A model generated the notes under the pieces. It was not told where the DNA came from. It saw only the letters and a list, made by a program, of their open reading frames with translations, and did not search any database. A stretch of DNA of 64,000 nt from Spirochaetota bacterium (GTDB lineage Bacteria > Spirochaetota > UBA4802 > UBA5550), in assembly GCA_963663865.1 (NCBI GenBank), contig OY760686.1:960001-1024000 (forward strand), read 5' to 3'. Below, piece after piece: positions 26,742-36,395 of this stretch (positions are counted from its first letter, which is position 1; each line of letters starts with the position of its first letter). Made by a program: the position numbers and the translations under genes.

Positions 26742-27963
26742 TGTGTATCTCCTTCAGTACAGTTCCGTCGATATGCCGGATAGACCAGAGAGCCTCCAGA
26801 GCGGATAGCTCGTTTTCGTGGAATGCCCGCAGCAATTCAAATTCCTGCCGGTGGCTTTCTATCGCGAGCGACGGCGGTATCAGGCCTCTTTGCATGAGCT
26901 GGTGAAGACGTTTGTGCCCGTCTCTGCCGGAATAGGGGAAGGGCAGAGTCCGAGTTGAGTTTATTAAGCTGCTGTAACGCGAAACGGACGATTCTCTTGA
27001 CAGTTTCAGCGTCATCATAAGTGTCTCTTTTTTTATACGCGCCAGTCTGACTCCGGCCTCGGCTTCGGTGCGCTGGCCCTGATTCTGATTGAAAAGGGGC
27101 AATTCGATTGAGAGTGACAGCCCGGCGCTGAAATCGGTTTTGCCGTCCGCGCTATTGTGCCCAACTGACGGGCCAATGGCCAGATCGGGCCAGACGTATG
27201 AATCTGCTATCCGCTTTTCACTGAGTCCGATTTCAATTTTCCGCTCAGCGAGAAGCAGGACGGGACTTTCGGAAATATTAAAGGCTTCCAATTCGGGCCA
27301 CTGGCGCACAGGCACCGGGTAGAGTTCGCTGAGATCAGCGGCTGACATGCCGGCTGCTGAGAGAACTCTCTCTTCGAGTCCCGCGAGCTCTGCCTCAAGC
27401 TGGGCAACGCGGAGAAGGGCGTCCTCGCCGGCTTTATGGTAAATATCACGGCTGATTTCAAGCTCGGGATTCAGCCGGGGCATCCTTGAGTAAAGCGAGA
27501 CCATTCTGCTATATGTCGCGGCGCTTTCCTTAAGAACTTCAATCTCTGCCGAGCGCTGACGCATGCGGTACAGGTCGAGCAAGACCTTCCGCGCGATATC
27601 CTGTTTCCTGATTTCCAGAGAAAGCTCAAAGGCAGCCGATATCTTTCCGGCATGGCTTTTGCGTGCTTCGCGCTTTCCGCCTGTTTCAAGCTGATGCCTG
27701 ATTGAGTATTCTCCGGATATTCCGCCTCCGGAAACGACGCCGAGGACGCGGGAATCAAGTTCGGGATTGGGCATCTGGTTCGCCGATATCTCTCTGGCTC
27801 TGAGGACTTCTGCCCGGGCAGTCATGTCCTTTATTTCAGGGTGGCTTGAAATAACAGCATCAAGCAGGTCGGCTACTCTGAGTAACCGGTCTTGTTCTGC
27901 CGCGCTTGATGCAGCTGGAAGCGCGAACAGCAAGAGCAGCAGTATATTGGCATGTCTGTGCAT
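26725..27963 (-). CDS. TolC-family outer membrane factor (CzcC-like)
   Basis: Signal peptide; PNPEL..., LETGGKREAR and AGLSLSIELPLFNQNQG motifs. Confidence 0.9.
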   Translation of the reverse strand: MHRHANILLLLLFALPAASSAAEQDRLLRVADLLDAVISSHPEIKDMTARAEVLRAREISANQMPNPELDSRVLGVVSGGGISGEYSIRHQLETGGKREARKSHAGKISAAFELSLEIRKQDIARKVLLDLYRMRQRSAEIEVLKESAATYSRMVSLYSRMPRLNPELEISRDIYHKAGEDALLRVAQLEAELAGLEERVLSAAGMSAADLSELYPVPVRQWPELEAFNISESPVLLLAERKIEIGLSEKRIADSYVWPDLAIGPSVGHNSADGKTDFSAGLSLSIELPLFNQNQGQRTEAEAGVRLARIKKETLMMTLKLSRESSVSRYSSLINSTRTLPFPYSGRDGHKRLHQLMQRGLIPPSLAIESHRQEFELLRAFHENELSALEALWSIRHIDGTVLKEIHNEYSK

Positions 27964-28007
27964 GGCATTGCTCCTTAAGTGTCGTTTAATGTGTTTGAAT
28001 GAAGCTT

Positions 28008-28406
28008 TTAAGAGTAAAGGAGCTGCGCAGGGGGGGCCCTGCCTGCAAGTTCGAGGCAGAAACGGGCTGTCTGAGGTTTGATGTTATGAAGAGGAAATCC
28101 TGTTCTGTCGGGGAATGCAGTGATTGAAAGACAGCTGCACTGTATTTGCTGCGTATCAAATTTTTTTAAAGGGACGTCTTTTTTTTCGATCAGGGCAGTG
28201 TCTTTGAGCGCATGTTGAAGGGGAAGTTCAAAGCAGAATCCTGAACCGCAGCAAGTGTCCCTGTCTTCCGCCTGACTGCAGTCCCGGTCCGACCATTCAT
28301 AATCAGATCCATGATGATGAATGTGCACGCCTGCGGCGCCTGCCGCGGCAAAGACGGCAAAGAGCGCGAGAAGCACGGATGATATTAGATTTGCTGATTT
28401 TCTCAT
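28008..28406 (-). CDS. His/Cys-rich exported leader protein with C-terminal RAPP motif (CzcI/DUF2946-like)
   Basis: Signal/TM segment, HIHHH, C..CC..C, and C-terminal LAGRAPPAQLLYS; first gene of the efflux operon. Confidence 0.7.
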   Translation of the reverse strand: MRKSANLISSVLLALFAVFAAAGAAGVHIHHHGSDYEWSDRDCSQAEDRDTCCGSGFCFELPLQHALKDTALIEKKDVPLKKFDTQQIQCSCLSITAFPDRTGFPLHNIKPQTARFCLELAGRAPPAQLLYS

Positions 28407-28588
28407 AAAGGTTTTACTCAGAAGCGACCGTATTATTCTGCGATTTTCCTGTCAAGTTAAACCCAACTAATTTGCGGGGAATAATCTGATAGAATTGAAT
28501 AGACAAAAGAACAATTATAATACAAAATGCGTGAGAGTTTTCGGGGGCCTTCCGGAGATTATTACATTGTGATTGAGGATGATGTCTT

Positions 28589-30031
28589 ATGCCATATAAA
28601 AATCTGTCGGATTTTATTCAAAAACTTGAGGAGATGGGGGAGCTCAAACGGATTACTGCGGCCGTAGACCCTTACCTTGAGATAACGGAGATAGCGGACC
28701 GCACGGTCAAGAAAGGAGGGCCGGCCCTTCTTTTTCTGAATGTCAGGGGATCGGAATATCCTCTGTTGATAAACGCCTTCGGGAGCCCGCGCAGAATGCA
28801 GGCGGCATTGGGTTGCGAGTCGTTTGATGAGATCGCGCTTAGAATTGAGACGCTCCTCAAACTTCAGCCGCCCTCAGGGCTTATGGAAAAGCTCAGGGTA
28901 ATGTTGACACTCAAGGACGTTGCTTCGTATTTGCCGGTAACTGTTAAAAGCGCCCCCTGTCACGACAGTGTCATAACCCAAGGCCCGTTTCTTGACAGGC
29001 TGCCCATTCAGACCTGCTGGCCCGGAGACGGCGGGCCGTTTATAACGCTGCCCCTTGTCTTCACGAGGGACCCTGAGACCGGGGTACAGAACATGGGCAT
29101 GTACCGAATGCACAGGTATTCTGACAGCGAAACAGGCATGCACTGGCAGTACAACAAGGACGGGTCACGCCACTTCAGAAAGTATAAAGAACTGGGTAAA
29201 AGGATGCCGGTATCCGTCGCGCTCGGAGGCGTTCCTTCGGTGACATACAGCGCGACCGCGCCGCTGCCGCCTGACATCCCTGAGCTGCTCTTTGCCGGTT
29301 TCCTTGAGGGAAGAGGGATAAAGCAGGTAAGATGTGTGACGAATGACCTGCTTGTGCCGGCTGAATCTGACTTCGTTATTGAGGGCTATGTTGACCCGGC
29401 AGAGGAGAGAATCGAGGGGCCTTTTGGAGACCACACAGGCTTTTATTCCCCGGCTGATATATATCCTGTATTTCATGTCACGTGTATTACTGCGAGAAGG
29501 GACGCGGTTTACCCGTCAACGGTTGTCGGAAAACCGCCGATGGAGGACTGCTTTATGGCCAAGGCGACGGAGAGGATTTTTCTTCCCGTGCTTAAGATGA
29601 TACTTCCCGAGATACATGATATAGAGCTGCCGATAGAAGGGGTCTTCCATAACTGCGCGCTGATATCCATAAAAAAATCTTACTCCGGGCAGGCGAGAAA
29701 AGCCATTCACGCGCTGTGGGGACTCGGGCAGATGGCTTCAACAAAAATGATCGCGGTATTCGAGGATGATGTCGACCTCAGGGACGGGAGCACCGTGCTC
29801 TGGAAGCTTCTCAACAACGTAGATCCAAGACGCGATGTTATCATAACCGAGGGCCCTCTTGACGCACTGGACCATTCAGCCCCTTATTTCAACTATGGCG
29901 GGAAGGTCGGTATTGACGCGACCAGGAAGACGAGAGAGGAGGGCATGGGACGCGAGTGGCCTGATGAGATATCAATGAGCGATGAGATACGGGCCCTGGT
30001 TGACGGGAGGTGGGATGAATACGGTATTTAG
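28589..30031 (+). CDS. ubiD: UbiD-family (menaquinone/futalosine-type) decarboxylase
   Basis: DPYLEITEIADR, GPALLF, QNMGMYR, EGPFGDHTG and DALDHS..GGKVGIDAT motifs. Confidence 0.92.
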   Translation: MPYKNLSDFIQKLEEMGELKRITAAVDPYLEITEIADRTVKKGGPALLFLNVRGSEYPLLINAFGSPRRMQAALGCESFDEIALRIETLLKLQPPSGLMEKLRVMLTLKDVASYLPVTVKSAPCHDSVITQGPFLDRLPIQTCWPGDGGPFITLPLVFTRDPETGVQNMGMYRMHRYSDSETGMHWQYNKDGSRHFRKYKELGKRMPVSVALGGVPSVTYSATAPLPPDIPELLFAGFLEGRGIKQVRCVTNDLLVPAESDFVIEGYVDPAEERIEGPFGDHTGFYSPADIYPVFHVTCITARRDAVYPSTVVGKPPMEDCFMAKATERIFLPVLKMILPEIHDIELPIEGVFHNCALISIKKSYSGQARKAIHALWGLGQMASTKMIAVFEDDVDLRDGSTVLWKLLNNVDPRRDVIITEGPLDALDHSAPYFNYGGKVGIDATRKTREEGMGREWPDEISMSDEIRALVDGRWDEYGI

Positions 30032-30851
30032 GAAGTTTTCCGAGCTTATCATGATTGAACAGACGATCTTTGCCCTGCCATTCGCCTACACGGGCATTCT
30101 CTTTGCGGGAGGCGCGCCTCTCAGAGTGTGGGTGCTTGTTACCCTCGCGCTTTTTGGAGCCAGGACGGCGGGCATGTCGTTCAACAGGGTCCTTGACGCG
30201 GATATCGACGCCCGAAACCCGAGGACCAGCGACAGGCACATTCCCGCGGGGAAGGTGACCCGCTTCCAGGCCTGGGCCCTCGGCGCCGCCGCCTCCTCTC
30301 TTCTGGTGCTGTCCGCCTGGATGCTCAATCCCCTGTGTTTCGTTCTTTCGTTTCCCGCAGCGGCGATGCTTCTGACATATTCACTGTTCAAGCGTTTCAG
30401 TTCAGCCTCTCACTTCTATCTCGGTCTGGTGGAGGCGGCGGCGCCGATAGGGGGCTATCTCGCGGTGAAGGGCTCATTCGATCTTACTCCCTTCTTCCCC
30501 GGAGCGGCAATCATGTTCTGGATTGCCGGATTTGATATTCTCTACGCGCTCGCCGACGAGGAGTTTGACCGCAGAGAAGGCCTTCACTCCGTACCTGCGG
30601 CGCTTGGACGAAAAGGGGCGCTTGCCGTATCAGCGGCCTGCCATGCCGTATCAGTTGCGGCGCTGATGCTCGGCGGGCTGTATCTCAAGGCCTCTCCGGT
30701 ATATTACGCGGCAGCGGCAGCCGTTGCAGCTGTTTTCGTTCTACAGCACTACAGGACCCGAAGGAAAAGCGGAGATGAACGGGCGATCTTTAGGCTAAAC
30801 CGCCTTGTCGGGCCGCTGATTTTTGCGGGAGCCGCGGCTTCCTCATTGTAG
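30015..30851 (+). CDS. UbiA-family prenyltransferase (MqnP-like)
   Basis: EQTIFALPFAY, NRVLDADIDARNPRT..RHIP and GFDILYAL.DEEFDR motifs; start moved to the ATG at 30015 after GGGAGG. Confidence 0.9.
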   Translation: MNTVFRKFSELIMIEQTIFALPFAYTGILFAGGAPLRVWVLVTLALFGARTAGMSFNRVLDADIDARNPRTSDRHIPAGKVTRFQAWALGAAASSLLVLSAWMLNPLCFVLSFPAAAMLLTYSLFKRFSSASHFYLGLVEAAAPIGGYLAVKGSFDLTPFFPGAAIMFWIAGFDILYALADEEFDRREGLHSVPAALGRKGALAVSAACHAVSVAALMLGGLYLKASPVYYAAAAAVAAVFVLQHYRTRRKSGDERAIFRLNRLVGPLIFAGAAASSL

Positions 30852-31116
30852 AGCTGTCAGTCTGAAAAGCCGGCCGGCTCAGAGACGTGGTCGGTCAGGA
30901 TGTTATCACAAAATATGACATCCAACAGATTATTTGTTCATCTTTTCAGATGTACAGGAGGCACAGGCCTCAGGCAGCTATTAAGCGTGCGGGGAATTAA
31001 GAAAAAACGATACGAATTTGTTATGAATAATACTGACTTTTTCGGATTAATGATGAAACTGCTTGCAATATAAGAATTGATAGTGATAGTATAACCGGGT
31101 TGCGCAGGAGGCCGTA

Positions 31117-32859
31117 ATGAAAGATGGTCTGAGCAGGGATTTGTCGCTCATTCAGAAGTCGCTTGACCTTGAGAACCCGCTATTGCGTTACTATATCAAG
31201 AAACACAGGCTGGGAAAAGAGGACATTGTCGTTCTGGGAGTTCTTCTGGAAATGACCGGCCAGATGAAGAGCGATGTGCGCACACATTACAACATCATCG
31301 CCGAGCAGACCGGGCTCTCCGCGCTTGAGGCCTATCATTCCGTAAATTCTCTTCACCGCAACAGAATCATCGACTCTAAGCCTGTAGGGAATTTCGTACA
31401 CATTTCATTCCGTGAGATTGAAGAGAAGATTGACGAGCTTGAGCTCGCTGCTCGCAATGCGCGAAAGATAAAGCGCATAGAGGCAGAGCTTGAGTACATG
31501 CGTTCGAGAAATTATGTGCCGGGTGCCGAGCTTGAGGACATTATCACTCCGGTTCTCGGAAGAATTATCACCCGCAAAATAGCCGAAGCGCTTTCAGCCA
31601 TAATAAACTACATTAACGCCCGAATTAATAACACCATCAGCTTCCAGATGTGGAGGTGTCGATGGCAGTCAATCCGCACGGGTGTTCCACTTGGGGATAT
31701 AGTGTTCAGAAATTCGCTGCCCTACCTCATTCAGGAGGTGCTGCTTGTCGAGAAGAAGTCATCCATGCTTGTAGCTCACACCGCAAGAGAAGCCGGCCCG
31801 GAGACGGACCGTGATGTTGCCGCGGCGCTGCTTTCCGCAGTAACCGACTACATCCGGACTTCCTTCAGGAAGGACGACGCTGTGCTGAACTCAATCTCGT
31901 TCGGAGATTCAAGCATTATCGTTATTGAGGGAAGAAACGTTTTCGCCGCCTTCGTCGTATATGGGACTCCGGCTTCGGCGTTCTATGAGGACGCGGAGGC
32001 CCTTCTCTCCGCTGTGCATAAGCAATTCGGCCAGAAGATTGCGAGGTTCAGGGGTTCCATGAAGGGACTTGAGGGCCTTCCTTCACTTCTGGCGGAATTC
32101 ATTATAAGGGCAAATCCTATGCCCGATGACGGCGCTGAAAAGGTCTCTTACCGGAACTTGAAGATTGCCGGAGCTCTGGCGGCAGTCCTGGGGATGTGGC
32201 TTGTCGTCAGCGCTGTAATCGGCGCCGTTGCGGATTACCGGATTGAGAAGAGTGCCTATTCAGCCCTTGCGCGGTCGATGCCTCCTTTCAGCTACGATCT
32301 TGAACTGGAAGCCGATGACGGAACAGTTGCCGTGACCGGTACAGTGAGTTCTCCGGCATCAGCTGAAAAGGCGTCAAAGATTTTGTCAGGGGTAGAGTCT
32401 GTAAAGGATGTTGAGAATCGGGCGGTAATCGCTGATTACAGGGCCGCAGAGAAATTCCGGACTGATATTTCCGGTTTCAGTGAGAGAATGGCCGTTTTCG
32501 AGCTTCAGTTCGTCAGAAAAGAGCTTGAAGGAATCGTAATTCAGTTCCAGCCTGGTAATACCGGGCTCGGGGACAATCAGCTTATGCAGGTAAGACGGGC
32601 TTATGAGATTATACGGCATTATCCTCACATATTCATTGAGGTTGTCGCTTTCAACGATCCTGCGGGCGGCTTTGAGCTTAACAGAAGATTGGCAGAGGAG
32701 AGGATGAAGGCTGTAAGAAACTATCTTGTCAATGCCGGCCATCCATCCGGAAAAATAAAAACACTGCCCTTTAATCCAGACATAATATCGGCGGATCCCG
32801 AATACGAGCGGTTCAGGGACGCGAGGGGAATAATGCTCTTTGCGAGGAGTTCAGACTGA
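31117..32859 (+). CDS. Membrane protein: N-terminal wHTH-like, roadblock/longin-like cytoplasmic domain, TM, BON, OmpA-C-like
   Basis: IQEVLLVEKKSSMLVAH..DVAAALLSAVTDYIRTSF; one TM; GTVAVTGTV..VESVKDVEN (BON); FND..G..LNRRLAEERMKAVRNYL (OmpA-C). Confidence 0.75.
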   Translation: MKDGLSRDLSLIQKSLDLENPLLRYYIKKHRLGKEDIVVLGVLLEMTGQMKSDVRTHYNIIAEQTGLSALEAYHSVNSLHRNRIIDSKPVGNFVHISFREIEEKIDELELAARNARKIKRIEAELEYMRSRNYVPGAELEDIITPVLGRIITRKIAEALSAIINYINARINNTISFQMWRCRWQSIRTGVPLGDIVFRNSLPYLIQEVLLVEKKSSMLVAHTAREAGPETDRDVAAALLSAVTDYIRTSFRKDDAVLNSISFGDSSIIVIEGRNVFAAFVVYGTPASAFYEDAEALLSAVHKQFGQKIARFRGSMKGLEGLPSLLAEFIIRANPMPDDGAEKVSYRNLKIAGALAAVLGMWLVVSAVIGAVADYRIEKSAYSALARSMPPFSYDLELEADDGTVAVTGTVSSPASAEKASKILSGVESVKDVENRAVIADYRAAEKFRTDISGFSERMAVFELQFVRKELEGIVIQFQPGNTGLGDNQLMQVRRAYEIIRHYPHIFIEVVAFNDPAGGFELNRRLAEERMKAVRNYLVNAGHPSGKIKTLPFNPDIISADPEYERFRDARGIMLFARSSD

Positions 32860-32887
32860 AGGCGGGACATTTTACAGAGGAGACTGT

Positions 32888-33421
32888 ATGGCACCTGAAT
32901 ACAAGTTCAAGATGGTAATGCTTGGCGATTTTGCTGTGGGAAAGACCAGCATAATTAGAAGGTTTGTCTTTGATGAATTCGGCGATACGTATCTTACGAC
33001 GATCGGGGTAAAAGTGACAAGAAAGGAAGCCGTTTTGAAAAATGGTGCAGGCGCTGACCTTTTGCTATGGGATATCGCGGGAAGCGACAGGTTTAACGAG
33101 GTGTCTCCTGAGTACGTCAAAGGTGCTTCAGCCGGCATAATTGTCGCCGATGTAACCCGCCCCTCAACAATAGACAGCATACAGACCCATGCCGAAATGA
33201 TAGGGAAGAATAACCCGGAAGCCGTGATTGCCGTGGCGCTCAATAAGTCCGATCTTTCTCATGACACTAATTCAGTAATGAAAACCGCCAGGGACATCAT
33301 AGACAAACTCGGCCTCAACTGGTATCCTTCGACTGTCGCCACAAGCGCAAAGACAGGGAAAAATGTCAATGAGCTGCTCATAAGCCTCGCGGAAGCGGCA
33401 GCAGAGTTCGGAGACAGATGA
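32888..33421 (+). CDS. Ras-superfamily (Rab-like) small GTPase
   Basis: G1 GDFAVGKT, G2 YLTTIGV, G3 WDIAG, G4 NKSD, G5 TSAK; start at the ATG at 32888 after GAGGAG. Confidence 0.93.
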   Translation: MAPEYKFKMVMLGDFAVGKTSIIRRFVFDEFGDTYLTTIGVKVTRKEAVLKNGAGADLLLWDIAGSDRFNEVSPEYVKGASAGIIVADVTRPSTIDSIQTHAEMIGKNNPEAVIAVALNKSDLSHDTNSVMKTARDIIDKLGLNWYPSTVATSAKTGKNVNELLISLAEAAAEFGDR

Positions 33422-34533
33422 AACACCAGTTCTCCTCAGAGCTCCATCATCGGTTTGGTTTTTACTACGCCCTGCTTGGACGTGACCTTAAATTGAAACA
33501 CGACGGGCCTGCTCTCAGGGCCTATCTCGGATGTTCCGATGCCCCTGATGAGGAAGACATAAGGGATGTGCTTCCCGAACTGTTCGGCTATGAGAAAGAC
33601 CTCAGGGCCGTTATCAGCGGCGGACGTCAAGAGCTTGAACTGACTGGAATCAACCGTGATGATAATGAGGGTATCTGTTTTAACCTTCACATAATAAATT
33701 ACGAATACAGGGGGCATCCCGCGATAGTCGTTGTTCACGATGTGACCGGCGATGTGTGCGCGATGAGGTCCATCCAGCAGAGCCGTAACGAGGTTATACT
33801 GCTTCAGCATGAACTCATCGACAAGAACAGCGAGCTCGATGCCGCGAACAGAGCCCTTATCGTGAGCCGTGATGAGGCCACGACCCTGAATCAGGAGCTT
33901 GAGGCAAAGGTTGCAGAGAGGACGGCCGAGCTTGAAGCCAGCTACGAGAAGGCCAGGAGGCTTTTCTACCAGACGGTCAACTCCCTGACCCAGGCCCTTG
34001 AGATCAGAGATCCATACACCGCAGGGCATCAGCAGCGCGTGGCTCATCTCGCAGCGGCAATAGCCGAAAAGATGCGGATTGACAGGGACACGGTTGAGGG
34101 AATTTACGTTGCCGGGCAGCTGCACGACATAGGAAAGATATACGTCCCGAGCGAGTTTTTAACCAAGCCCGGAGTGCTGCCCGAAGAAGAATACAATGTC
34201 ATCAAGACACATGCCATTATGGGTTTCGAAATTATCAAGAATATTGAGTTTCCATGGCCTGTCGCGGCGGTTATCCTCCAGCATCATGAGCGCATTGACG
34301 GAAGCGGTTATCCCTACGGTCTTGAGGGCGATGAGATACGCCTTGAATCAAGGATTCTTGCCGTAGCTGACGTCGTTGAAGCAATGAGCACAAACAGGCC
34401 TTACCGCGTCTCGCCCGGGGTGCATGAGGCTATTCAGGAGATAACCTCGTTCAGAGGAGTCAAATACGACCGTGAAGCCGCCGATGCCTGTATTGAGCTT
34501 TTCGAATTCGGCGAGTTCCGCTGGGACGATTAG
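33418..34533 (+). CDS. HD-GYP phosphodiesterase with N-terminal PAS-like domain and coiled coil
   Basis: RDPYTAGHQQRV, LHDIGK, HHERIDGSGYP and ADVVEAM..RPYR motifs; ATGA overlap with the GTPase stop. Confidence 0.93.
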   Translation: MKHQFSSELHHRFGFYYALLGRDLKLKHDGPALRAYLGCSDAPDEEDIRDVLPELFGYEKDLRAVISGGRQELELTGINRDDNEGICFNLHIINYEYRGHPAIVVVHDVTGDVCAMRSIQQSRNEVILLQHELIDKNSELDAANRALIVSRDEATTLNQELEAKVAERTAELEASYEKARRLFYQTVNSLTQALEIRDPYTAGHQQRVAHLAAAIAEKMRIDRDTVEGIYVAGQLHDIGKIYVPSEFLTKPGVLPEEEYNVIKTHAIMGFEIIKNIEFPWPVAAVILQHHERIDGSGYPYGLEGDEIRLESRILAVADVVEAMSTNRPYRVSPGVHEAIQEITSFRGVKYDREAADACIELFEFGEFRWDD

Positions 34534-34535
34534 GG

Positions 34536-36179
34536 CTAAGGTAGAAACCTCTGCGCCATCGGAATTCTCCTGCCTGTCCCGAATGCCTTTCCGGTAATCT
34601 TCAGCCCGGGAGCCGCCTGACGTCTCTTGTATTCGTTAATGTTAACTGTCCTCAGTACACGGTTGACTGTCTCCTCGTCAAAGCCGGCCGCTATAATCTC
34701 CCGTGATGATTTGTACTCCTCAATGTAGAGCTCAAGAATCGCGTCGAGCACATCGTAGGGAGGAAGGCTGTCCTGGTCCTTCTGGTCAGGTCTCAGCTCG
34801 GCTGAAGGGGGTTTCTCAATGGTAGCGGGAGGAATGGTCTCCCGTTCGCGGTTGAGATGTCGGGAAAGCTCGTAGACGACAGTCTTCGGAAGGTCTGATA
34901 TTACGGCAAGGCCTCCGTTCATGTCGCCGTAAAGCGTACAGTAGCCCATAGCCAGTTCCGACTTGTTGCCGGTGGTGAGAAGCAGTCTGCCGGTCTTGTT
35001 GCTGACCGCCATAAGGAGTGTTCCCCGTATGCGTGCCTGGAGATTCTCTTCGGTGATGTCAGGCTCCAGGCCGGCGAAGAGCTCGGAAAGAGATGTGTTG
35101 AATTCATCATAAATCGGTTTGATAGGTATTGTCTGAATTTCAATACCCAGATTATGGGCCAGACGGTATGAATCGTCGACGCTCCCGCGCGATGAGTACA
35201 TTGAGGGCATTGTGATGCCCAGAACATTCTGAGGACCGAGGGCTTCAGCCGCAATAGAAGCGGTCAGCGCGGAGTCAATTCCTCCTGAAAGGCCGATTAA
35301 AGCCTGCTTGAAACCGCATTTGGCGGCATAATCCCTGACGCCGGTTACAAGGGCCATCCTGATGTCCTCGAGGTCATTGAATATCAGTTCAGCCTGCTCA
35401 GAACAGTCCGTATCGGCTATAATAAGACTCTCCGTGAAAGCCCCCGCGTGTGAAGTGATGACGCCCTTTTCGTTTACGTACACGCTGTTGCCGTCAAAAA
35501 TCAGGCTGTCATTTCCGCCGGTCTGATTTACGTATACAAGTCCAAAGGAAAACTCCGAGGCAAGCCGGCTGAGCATTCTGAGCCGCGTCCGGTTCTTGCC
35601 CCTTACGAAGGGGGAGGCTGAAAGGTTTATCATCAGGTCGATGCCTTCAGCGGCCAGAATGCGCACCGGGTCTTCAGGATAGCTCACCTTTTCCATGAGC
35701 TTGTCTCCTTCAACTTCAACGCTGTTCCAGATGTCCTCGCATATTGTTATTCCGATTTTCATTCCTGCGAAATCGAAGGGATGGTGCTCCCGGGCGGGCG
35801 TGAAGTAACGTTTCTCGTCGAAGACATCGTACTGCGGCAGGAGGGTTTTGCTCTGAGTAAAGGCGATATCTCCGTCGTTGATGAAGGCCGCCGAGTTAAG
35901 AAGCATCGGGGTGTTGTCCGGGTCGCAGTCGACATATCCGCAGACGACGGCTATTCCGCGGCACTCTTCGGCAATGGTTTTCAGAGCGCGTATGTTGTCG
36001 GATATAAGCTTTCCGTTTTTCAAAAGGTCCATCGGCGGGTAACCTGTCACCGCCAGCTCAGGAAAGACGGCTATAAGGGCGCCGGCATCCTTTGCCCTGT
36101 TGGCGAAGCTGATGATCTTCCGCGTGTTGCCTTCAATGTCGGCTATAGTCGGGTTTATCTGAGCCAGCGCTATCTTCAT
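34536..36179 (-). CDS. nadE: Glutamine-dependent NAD+ synthetase
   Basis: Nitrilase domain (FPEL, ICEDIW) plus GLSGGIDS, ENLQAR, TGNKSE..GYCTLYGD and KPPSAEL. Confidence 0.97.
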   Translation of the reverse strand: MKIALAQINPTIADIEGNTRKIISFANRAKDAGALIAVFPELAVTGYPPMDLLKNGKLISDNIRALKTIAEECRGIAVVCGYVDCDPDNTPMLLNSAAFINDGDIAFTQSKTLLPQYDVFDEKRYFTPAREHHPFDFAGMKIGITICEDIWNSVEVEGDKLMEKVSYPEDPVRILAAEGIDLMINLSASPFVRGKNRTRLRMLSRLASEFSFGLVYVNQTGGNDSLIFDGNSVYVNEKGVITSHAGAFTESLIIADTDCSEQAELIFNDLEDIRMALVTGVRDYAAKCGFKQALIGLSGGIDSALTASIAAEALGPQNVLGITMPSMYSSRGSVDDSYRLAHNLGIEIQTIPIKPIYDEFNTSLSELFAGLEPDITEENLQARIRGTLLMAVSNKTGRLLLTTGNKSELAMGYCTLYGDMNGGLAVISDLPKTVVYELSRHLNRERETIPPATIEKPPSAELRPDQKDQDSLPPYDVLDAILELYIEEYKSSREIIAAGFDEETVNRVLRTVNINEYKRRQAAPGLKITGKAFGTGRRIPMAQRFLP

Positions 36180-36395
36180 AATCAGCCTCCGTTGCGGTCT
36201 TGAGACGATTATTGAAAAGAGCTCCATCCTGACAAATGTTTTTTAGGGGCAGTAAATCAATATGCTAAAAATCGTTCAGACAGTAAAGTCCGGCCGGGCT
36301 TAAAAAAAATCGCTCTGAAGGTAATTTCATCCGTTAACCCTTTGCCTGAGTAAAGGCCTCCCATGACAGGGGGAAATATCAGACGGAGGATAAAC

